Shown here piece after piece: positions 54,110 to 64,000 of a stretch of DNA of 64,000 nucleotides. The position numbers and the translations under genes were made by a program. The stretch comes from Balanoglossus misakiensis (Eukaryota > Animalia > Hemichordata), in NCBI GenBank assembly GCA_040954595.2, contig CM082577.2, positions 19,318,303-19,382,302 of the forward strand. Reading direction: 5' to 3'. The notes under the pieces are model-generated. The model did no database searches, was not told where the DNA came from, and saw nothing but the letters and a program-made list of their open reading frames with translations. Numbering within the stretch: position 1 is the stretch's first letter; each line of letters begins with the position of its first letter.

Positions 54110-56337
54110 GTAAGTCATTCTTATTGTATATCACATTGCCATGACCTTGCATCAGTCCCTGTTCACTCCATACATGGAGACGTGTTCTGCGCAACAGCAG
54201 TACGTTTAACCTCGTGAACTCAGATGTGCACATGCGTACAACAGTCCTTTAGCGTAGCGCAGCCAGCGGTGGGATTGGGGTCATCGGTTTTCAAAATCAG
54301 GCCGACCCCCCCTTCACCTAGGACCAAAAAATGACCCCCCCCCCCTTTGACAGACCCCAAAATATGATGACCCCCCCCCCCACGCTGAAAACATTTGCCG
54401 TCCTGATCCTATGCACACTGTATCCAATAAAGGGAATGAGACTCCTCACACCTCAATTATAAATTTCTTAAAGTAATTGAAGTATATAATAGTATATCGT
54501 TGCAATAAAAAAATCTATGAACAAAATAAAATGACAAGTCAACACAATATTTGTTAGTATTGGCAAAACAAGAAAAGTGGCGGGGGTGGGTTTGGGAGGG
54601 GGTGTCCCCCTCCCACCTAAGAAAATTGTGTAAAATATGTAGCTCAAAGTTGCATTTTTATGAACTCAAAGGCAAATTATCTCAATGTTTGGGAGGACCA
54701 ATTTTACTTTTTGCCACTCCACTCAAAGTTAGAAGATTTTGGCGTCATCTTCGTCATGACATCATTTATAAAACTTCTAGTATATAGAAGATGCAGCACG
54801 AAACTATCAGTTATGCGAAATGGTTTAAACGATTATTCTCCTTTATGTATTTACTTTGTTAAACAAATATTATCATCGGTGGGGTTGGGGTGGCAAGCAC
54901 TCTGCCCAGTGGTACACTAGACAAACCAGCAAAAAATGTGGCGGAGAATGAAGGGGGTGGGTGTGAAAATTTTGAAAAATAAAGGGCGCGAAACTGCAAT
55001 TTTGTGGACTCAAAAGCAAAAGTTCGGTGGCAAAAGTATGTGACCCCCCCCCCTAAGCGTTTAAAAAAAACAGATGACCGCCTCCCCCCCTTTTAGACTT
55101 CAAAATTTTGCAATGGTCTTGGCTCTTAGCCGTCCCAGTCGGTAACAAGTCGTTACGGCACTTAATCTTATCGGCTCGGCCTTTAATTTACTCGATCCCG
55201 GCCGTTTTGGCCCAGATGCAAACCGATTCTGCAATTTGCAGTTCAGTAAACGCAGGGCTAGCGAACGGGACAAAATGATATACATGTAATAGTAATAAAA
55301 GCGAGCGCGTTGTCAGATCAGTGGGAGTGTCATATTATGAAGACATTACGATCCCTGGATTACGATAGGCATGAAGGGGCATTATAACGTGCCAGCGTGA
55401 AACTGACATGGAAACGATCGACAGTACGGTGACTGTGGGTAGAGCGAGCGTGTTGCTGTGAAGAACGCATTTACCATGTTTGTTTACAACACACAGTGAC
55501 TTGACCTGCGGTCGCCAAGCAGTTTACGATCTCGTGGATCGTGGTTGGACTGACAAAAATGACAAAGAAACAGAAACAAATTAGGAAGTATTATAGGTCT
55601 GTCTCCTCGAAGTCGCATATTGTGCAAAACACAAGGCACATCAAACGTGTTGCCCAGACACCGGAAGTTAGCAGTTCGTTTGCCTGGTTTGAAATGTGCG
55701 GCTGTGGTAGAAAATAACCCACTGTGCTTTGCGGCGTGAGTCGCCCCCCCCCCCCCCCCCCCCCCCTGGGTTGTCCCATAACATCTTGCTCTAAACTTTC
55801 CAGAATTTCAAACAAAAACCAAAGCATTTTTGAGGTACAAAAGTATAATTATGGAGGCACTGCACAGCATCAAAAACAAGGCCGCACGTGTTTCAATGCC
55901 AATCATTGCATGTCAGCCGACCGTGTGCATGGTACGCCCACAGCAGGCCTCGATAACTCCTATCGCCCGTGACAAGTGTAATTTTCGCCTGGACAAGTGA
56001 AAAATAAAAGTCTTTTGTCTGACGGGCAAGTGAACTTTTCCCTGTGCTAAACTTTTTCAGTTCAAATATTTATCACTTAAGTCTTGTATGGAAATTCCTT
56101 CTGAATTTTTCAAAGGTAAATCAGTATTGCTTTGCAATGTTCAAGTTTAAAATAATCATGCATATATGATATAATACTTATATACAGCACTTCACCCAGC
56201 ACTTTCGTGGCCAAAATAAAAAAGTAATTTTGTGAATAAAATCAAGTTGTTTCTATTAATAAATGTCTATGACCATTCAGGTGACTAACCCTCCAAAACA
56301 GGCAGTACCCACCAGAGAAGGGTAGACTCCAATGGTC

Positions 56338-57068
56338 TTTTTTAGCTCAGCTGTCACTTGTGTCAGCCGAGCTGTAGCAGTAGGTTGATAAGTGTCTGTC
56401 CGTCGTCCGTCAACTTTTGGTATTTCAATCTTCTTCTTTAAAACGACATGGCATATTTAGCTGAAATTTGGGTGGAATGTGTGTTATGGTGCCCTTAACT
56501 GATTTTGTTAATTTGAATTTGATAGGGTCATGAATATGCAAATTAGATCTTAAAATAGAAGTTTTGGTAAAAATCTTCTTCTCCACAACTACATGTACAA
56601 TGGAGCTGAAATTTGGTGGGAATGTGTGTTATGGTGCCCCTACCTGATTTTGTAAATTTGGATTTGATGGGGTCATAAATATGCAAATTAGATCTAAAAA
56701 TAGAATGTTTGGTCAAAAATCTTCTTCTCCATAACTACATGTACGATGGAGCTGAAATTTGGTAGGAATGTGAGTTATCGTGCCCCTCTACCTGATTTTG
56801 TTAATTGGAATTTTGATGGGGTCATGAATATACAAATAAGAACCTTGGTGCTTCCTTTTGATGTTGTTCTTTAGGAATAAATTCTTTCTTTCTTTAGCAC
56901 AATGAATCAAGCTGAATGTGGATATTAAATACTTGTGATGTCTATGTTTGGTTTTGTTTAATACACTACAATTGTTATGATTAAAACCTAGGGTATTCAT
57001 ATCATTGCCCAGCTATAGGTTTCACTGTTAAAGTCAGCAGAGCTTTTTTGACCGATAGGTCACTTGTT
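56338..57068 (+). mobile_element. Complete short HINE/DINE-like element of a second family
   Basis: TTTTTAGCTCAGCTG...CAGCCGAGCT head, GTCC microsatellite, about three ~146-bp repeats, 3' CAGCAGAGCT, hairpin TGACCGATAGGTCA, then CTTGTT. Confidence 0.8.
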
Positions 57069-57961
57069 TCTGTTTCTCACAGAGCAGACATTTAATGTCA
57101 TCTGGAGATTCAGATTCGCTTATTTTTACAGGTCAGTAATAATTTATATGAAGAAACTGGCAGTCATGTTGAAGCTGACAATAAATTTTATTTTGAGATT
57201 TTAATCGTTGATGAATCACCTGATGTAGTACATATTGGAACCCCATGAGCTGCAACTGGATAAACAATTTCAGCTTTAAATAATCTCACATATGCTTTTG
57301 ATTAATAAGGTCAACACTTATTAATGACAAAATACCAAAAATATAAGAAATATCAGTCCAGTCAAAAATTCCTGCAATTTTAAAAAGTTCAATATTGCAA
57401 TGAAAAATGAAAATTAACTATTTGTTAACAAAATGCTGTTTACCTCTTCTCTCAATGATAAAATTTCGGAAGCTATGTCCAATGAAACTGAAACTGATCA
57501 AGTTCTAGTGGACGAGATTACGCTTTATTTATGAAGTTTTATAATATACACGAAATCTTAATCACGCAATATTGAATCACGCAAAATCACACCAAATTAC
57601 GCGAGACTTCAAAATAGCGTTACGCCTGTATGGTAACACCAACAACATTTGTTCTTTTTGTGTCCAAACGTTTAACCACAACAAGACTACCACAAAGACC
57701 TTGTGAGAATGAAACCCACCAATGAATAGATAATCCGAAGCTGTAACAGAAATGGAACATCTTTGCAAGGTATTGCAAAGCCCTCTGTTGACCAAGAGAA
57801 ATTTGACGAAGCATGCATGTGGACAGTGGAGTGTTGACAACAATGTGAATACATGATATACATGATAGTTACTCTTGCTGTGCTCACACTCAGGTCAAGC
57901 CTGTTATACAACACAATAATATGTAACAGGTTGGACCTGAGCGCAGCAAGCTATCATGTAT

Positions 57962-60732
57962 ATTTAGGGTTTCGAGACCAGAGGGGTCTCGAAACCCTCT
58001 TGAAAATCGTGTTGTTAGGGGCCCAAGCCCCTATGGGCGGGGCCCCTATTGGTAATACTGGCATTTTTAGGGGCCCAAGCCCCTATTGGTATTACTGGGG
58101 TTTTTAGGGCCCAAGCCTGGTAGGCTTGTGCCCTATTGGTATTACTGGGGTTTTTCAACTTTTTAGGGCACAAGTGCCCTCAGGCGCTTGTGCCCTATTG
58201 GTATTACTGGGGTTTTTAGGGCACAAGCCAAGCAGGCTTGTGCCCTATTGGTATTACTGGGGTTTTTCATCTTTTTTTTTTTTTTCTTGTGCAGTTTTTT
58301 TGCTCAGGTAGATCTTGAAAACGGCTGAACCTACAAATCTCAAACTTGGCACAATGGTGCAGGCCTATGAGAGCTGGTGCAGTATCCCTGTGAATGTTTA
58401 ATTAGTCATGTGACCTGATGACCATATATGGGCAAAGTTTTCAAATGGACCTAATTTGCATATGAATGGAGATATCAAAATTCTTTTAGCGATTTTTGCA
58501 GACCATGTGGTCAGTGTCCTACATGCCAAATGTCAAGGCCATGGGCCAAGTCTATTTTGAGAAGAAGATTTTTTATTTTTCATATTTTTGGACCCAGCCA
58601 TAGGCCTATATTTTCTATAGTTAAGCTATGACGCTATGTCCACGCCGGCTGTGCAATGGTCCTGTACAGTGACTCTCTATTGGCCCGTGAGCAGAATGGG
58701 ACCACAATAAATGGCAACATTTTGGGCTCACCTGTAACACCTGCTTAACTCATTAATTATGTGCATACCTAATTCCAGGCTAACTAATACGGCTAGAGGT
58801 TTTGTTCTTGTGGGACATGGACCAGTATAGGGTCAAAATTTCTTGCCAAATTTTGGGTGACCTCAGGTGACCTTTGACCTACTTTACCATATCTCGGCAA
58901 CCAGCGCAGATACAGCCTTGGCATTTGGAGGCATGGAACTCCTAATGAAGCCTAATACTTTACCTCATTAATTATGTGCATATCTAATTCTAGGCGAACC
59001 AATAGGGTTAGAGGCCTGATTTTTGTTGGACCTGGACTGGTATGGGGTCAAATTTTTTTGCTAAACTTTTGGATGGCCTCAGGTGACCTTTGACCTACTT
59101 TCCTATATCTCGGCATCCAGAACAGGTACAGCATTTGTGTTTGGATGGATCGAACTATTGATAGAGTCTTACACTTTACATCATTAATTATGCGCATATC
59201 TAATTTCAGACAAACCAATAGGGCTAGAGGTCTGGTTTCTGTTGGACCTGGACTAGTATGGGGGTCAAAACTTTTTGCCCAATTTTTGGGTGACCACATA
59301 TGACCTTTGACCTTCGGCTTAAGCTTGTGCCCGTCATCGCTGCTTGCAGCTATATTTAGGGCACAAGCCAAGCAGGCTTGTGCCCTATTGGTATTACTGG
59401 GTGTTTTCTTCTTTTTTTTTTTCTTGTGTCGTTTTTTTGCCCAACAGGATCTTGAAAACGGCTGAACCTACAAATGTCAAACTTGGCACAGTGGTGCAGG
59501 CCTATGAGAGCTGGTGCTGTACCCTCGTGAATGTTTAATAAGTCATGTGACCTGATGACCATATATGGGCAAAGTTTTCAAATGGGCCTAATTTGCATAT
59601 GAATGGAGATATCAAAATTCTTTTAGCGACTTTTGCAGACCATGTGGTCAGTGTCCTACATGCCAAATGTCAAGGCCGTGGGCCAAGTCTATTTTGAGAA
59701 GAAGATTTTTTTATTTTTCATATTTTTGGACCCAGCCTTAGGCCTATACTTTCTATAGTTAAGCTATCACGCTATGTCCACGTTGGCTGTGCAATGGTCC
59801 TGTACAGTGACTCTCTATTGGCCCGTGAGCAGAATGGGACCACAATAAAAGGCAAAATTTTGGGCTCACCTGTAACACCTGCTTAACTCATTAAATATGT
59901 GCATACCTAATTCCAGGCTAACTAATAGGGCTAGAGGTTTTGTTCTTGTGGGACATGGATCAGTATGGGATAAAAAAAAATTGCCCAAATTTTAGGTGAC
60001 CTCAGGTGACCTTTGACCTACTTTCCTATATCTTGGCATCCACAGCAGGTACAGACTTGGCGTTTGGAGGGTTGTGACTAAAATTGAAAAGACAAAATTG
60101 AAGGTCACCTGTGACACCTGCTTATCTCATTAATTATGTGCATACCTAATTCCAGGCTAGCCAATAGGGCTAGAGGTTTGATTTTTGTTGAACATGGACC
60201 AGTATGGGGTTAAAATTTCTTGCCCAATTTTGGGTGACCTCAGGTGACCTTTGACCTACTTTACCATATCTCGGCAACCCACGCAGATACAGGCATTGCA
60301 TTTGGAGGCATGGAACTCCTAATGGAGCCTTATACTTTACCTCATTAATTATGTGCATATCTAATTCTAGGCGAGCCAATAGGGCTAGAGGTCTGGTTTT
60401 TGTTGGACCTGGACTAGTATGGGGTCAAAATTTTTTGCCCAACTTTCGGGTGGCCTCAGGTGACCTTTGACCTACTTTCCTATAGCTTGGCATCCAGAAC
60501 AGGTACAGCATTTGTGTTTGGATGGATCGAACTATTAATGGAGTCTTACACTTTACATCATTCATTATGCGCATATCTAATTTCAGACAAGCCAATAGGG
60601 CTAGAGGTCTGGTTTCTGTTGGACCTGGACTAGTATTGGGATCAAAACTTTTTGCCCAAATTTTGGGCGACCACATATGACCTTTGACCTTCGGCTTAAG
60701 CTTGTGCCCGTCATCGCTGCTTGCAGCTATAT
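57962..60732 (+). mobile_element. HINE-like nest 3: about six stacked heads, only two bodies
   Basis: Heads ~57962-58265 and ~59356; GCTGCTTGCAGCTA ends at ~59352 and ~60729. Confidence 0.8.
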
Positions 60733-60829
60733 TTTTCTATTTGTAGTCATGTACCTCTCTACCAACCGGAAGCTAATCTTGAAATGGTGTGTTAAAATTC
60801 ATTCATTATCTTTTTCCTTTGATTTTCAG

Positions 60830-61025
60830 CGTTTGTGCAGGACTAGTTGCAGCTTCAATGAGTACCCCAGCTGATGTTGTCAAAACCAGAGTTATGAATC
60901 AACCAACAGACATCCATGGCAGAGGTTTACTCTATAAAAATTCAATAGACTGTCTTTTACAAGCTATTAAAAAAGAAGGATTCTTTTCTCTGTATAAAGG
61001 GTTTCTACCAACCTGGGCTAGGATG
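60830..61025 (+). CDS. SLC25A27: UCP4-like carrier, exon E (196 bp)
   Basis: ttttcAG / GTgagt; [65 protein letters not shown] contains the third carrier signature; overlaps ORF 60789..61034. Confidence 0.96.
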
Positions 61026-62044
61026 GTGAGTTGACCTTCTTAATTCTAACAAAAGTATGGTACTTCAAGCTCCATTAGCTGTAACTTTCACTATGATGTC
61101 AGTGTTTTTGTCTTGTGTATCTACTGCAGATTCTTGATCAGATTCATGAAATATGATGAAACACTCAGCATTTAGCTTATGAACACAGCCTATTACAGTG
61201 TTCTCCCCAGGCACTTTTAACATGTTAGCCCTAATACTTGGCCTCGCTTCGCTTTAAACCCCGGTGTGGGGTATAAAAGACCCCCAAAATCAGTGGCGAA
61301 TCTTAATGCCGTTTGACTGACAACAGACAACACCAACGATCTTGGCTCTATGAAAATCAGCCCAAACAGGTCCAAGCATAAAGAATTACACCACACAACG
61401 ACAGTAGTTGGCTTTATAAACACACACAACATAAAGTTATTGACGAAAAAGTACACGAACTTTTGAAACAACGATGATTTTGGCAGAAATCTGGTTTCAG
61501 TGCTTTTCAGAAGCGTCCCTGGGAAGCAATAACCACGCCTTTCAAACAGCTGTCAATCGCGTGGAAGTGTAAAGTGTTCAATTATTTTCTATGTACATGA
61601 GATCAATTACACAGTCATTATGCACGACGACCACTCCCAAATAAACAACTATACAAACACACGTTAATCCGAACCCCGGTACTTTCCGCACCGTGGTTTA
61701 ATTGTGCTATGCTTTGAAAATTTCTGCTACTCTCGCAATTCAGTTTGTCAACTCGTGTCACAGTCAGTTTGAATGCAACATATAAGTGTGAAAATGTGCA
61801 CATGTGGATTGGATAAATCAGAATAACCTGAGAGTAAGCATGAAAATGGAAGTGTCATTTTAACAATGAGACAGTCTGACTATCAAAGGCAATGCCACCT
61901 GTACAGTACAACATCCGGACTGCTGTGTCACTAATATGGCCGCTACTCAGTTTTATCTATAATCAGGATAAAAGTCTGGTCGAAATGGTTTAATTATCAT
62001 ATGATAATTTTGGGTTTGATGTATCGCTCTACAGAATCTCGAAG

Positions 62045-62470
62045 ATCATACATTCTCACACTCCTGGCACGCTGGGAGTGTGAGAACAGAGTGTGAGAAC
62101 AAATTGTTCTCACACTCTCACTGAATCGAAAGCTGTATATGACGCGAGCGCTGATTGGTTGACAAAGCGTTCTTTTGCTACGCGCGCTAAAAGTTATCCA
62201 ATGGGGCGATGTGTATTACAGGGACAGAGACTACAACGTGCCCCCAGACGACAGTTCCAGCGTCATTTATTCAATGTTTTTAACAAATTTGGCTAATTTG
62301 TGACCGTGTGAGAAAAATAATCTCACACACCAAGGACCTGGGATCATATTTCTCACACTCGTCGGGGATATTCTGTCCCACACGAGCCTGCGGCTCGTGT
62401 GGGACAGAAAATCCCCAACTCGTGTGAGAAATATGATCCCAGGTCCTTTGGAGTGTGAGATTCTATTAAT
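62045..62470 (+). mobile_element. Crypton-like hairpin element
   Basis: TCTCACAC/GTGTGAGA repeats at the left end; ~145-bp terminal hairpin 62318-62462 centred on CGAGCCTGCGGCTCG. Confidence 0.6.
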
Positions 62471-62727
62471 GTCAAGGCCTGATGCAACAACCATCTTGCA
62501 CTGACATGGTTTCATACCGGGTTTTACTGATAGTTCGCCCATTCAAAAAAATTGCTCGAAGACAGAATACGGCAGATTGGCTTTCTCTTGTGAACAATTA
62601 CATATAATCCCACGATATCTTTCTTTGTTTGGCGTCATCGCATGCGAGTGGTTTTCGCAGAGCAGTGCAACGTCGAGCTGTAGCCATATACAAATGATGA
62701 ACTATCGCTGATTATTCATAAAATCTC

Positions 62728-63159
62728 CTAACAAGTCGGAAAGATCAAAGGGGTCGACAAATGCTCCGCCTTGTAATTCTTAAAGCTTTGCCACATCAGT
62801 ATTCCATCTCTTAATGACTGCTTTTCCATATCGGATCTTATTTTATTTACCAATACTGCATATTTATTTGTGAAATGTATCAGAGAACTTTGCAGTAATC
62901 GGTCCACCCAAAACCACTTTTCAAGTGCTAAACCTCTCATCTTTAATCCTATGACACCACCAGTACCCTTTAGTGAATCGTCAGATAAGTTTGCCATGAA
63001 ATCCCCTTCATTTAATGACTCTTGTACACTTTCGGGTATTCTATGCATCACCAGAATAAGTACTGACATGTATCTTGCATAGTCCGTTTCGATTGGCACA
63101 AAACAACAGAGGTAATAATAGCTGATTCTTAGCAGTTTGGCAAATATCTCAATCACCAT
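62728..63159 (-). pseudogene. Academ-like transposase remnant
   Basis: DYARYMSVLILVMHRIP...GDF...KGTGGVIGL.MRGLALEKWF resembles the Academ YARY...KxxGGxIG...ALxRW motifs; internal deletion apparent. Confidence 0.55.
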
Positions 63160-63790
63160 TTCTTAATGCACTTACATTTCTACCGGTGGGTGGAGTTTTA
63201 ATGGCAGCAATACTCTACACAAAGTCATACCAAAAGTTAAAAGTTACTCCTCTCTTTGACCCAAAGTTCAATTTAGCAATCAAAAGCTCGCACCCGACAT
63301 TATATGTTTAATTGGTAGCAAAGATATAGAAAGTTTCTTATTTTGGGGAATTTCGCAAAATCTTCTATCCGTCGTTATGGTTACAAAATTTTAATATAAA
63401 TTACAACCAAAGACGAAAATAGGCCTATTTTTCTTAAAGCTAATATTCCTTGCTACCTGATGACCAATTTACAGCCTCCTCAAGCAAACCGTTTTCCAGT
63501 AAATCAAAACTATGTATGATCGTTATGCAAAAAATAGCGAAATTTTCACTTTGACCCCAAGTTTTGAAGATGAACTTGACCTCTGACCTTGTCGGTCATG
63601 TAATCATTGGATAGCCCGTACCCTACTTTATAAGACCCAATGTTTAATTTTTTTCTCTAGCTTTCTCAGAACCTGAAATATCTCATTTTAACTGTATGAG
63701 TACTCTTGCTATTCCTACCATTCATTTTGTTATCATTAAAACAGCAGGTTTTGCATATTAAGTATATGTAAACAGCAAAACAAATTAAAA

Positions 63791-63952
63791 TCTTTGTAAA
63801 CAATACACATGTCTATCTGGAGATCAAATTATAGCATTCTAGACCCAAACAGTGTTTAGTAAACGCTCGCCGTAAACAATACACATGTCTATCTGGAGAT
63901 CAAATTATAGCATTCTAGACCCAAACAGTCTTTAGTAAACGCTCGCCGTAAA
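63791..63952. repeat. Direct tandem duplication (~76 bp x2)
   Basis: GTAAACAATACACATGTCTATCTGGAGATC...GTAAACGCTCGCC occurs twice. Confidence 0.9.
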
Positions 63953-64000
63953 ATGTCATTTTGAACAAAAGTCCATAATGTCCATTTTGTCACTTTGACC

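Overview
Eukaryotic (animal, probably marine invertebrate) genomic DNA, not prokaryotic. The only host gene I can support is a + strand mitochondrial carrier of the UCP4/SLC25A27 type. Five internal coding exons (8357-8441, 12615-12737, 23126-23238, 54025-54109, 60830-61025) have canonical AG/GT sites and splice in frame; the first and last exons were not found and probably lie outside the window. The introns (4.2, 10.4, 30.8 and 6.7 kb) are filled with nested transposons: two decayed Ty3/Gypsy elements (one inside the other), solo-LTR-like pieces, TIR elements with readable target-site duplications (Kolobok-, MULE-, Academ-, CACTA- and hAT-like), Crypton-like hairpin elements, and a Helentron/HINE-like family carrying ~239-bp tandem repeats. 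Best candidates for something new: (1) the HINE-like family inserts into a fixed site inside itself, giving 'stacked heads, then stacked bodies' arrays; (2) several different hairpin elements share a strand-specific code of tandem GA/GA mismatches and GNA loops, suggesting a folded ssDNA intermediate; (3) a 1.1-kb TIR element carries an open non-transposase ORF. All superfamily names are assigned by eye from termini, TSDs and motifs, without database searches, and I cannot confirm novelty.
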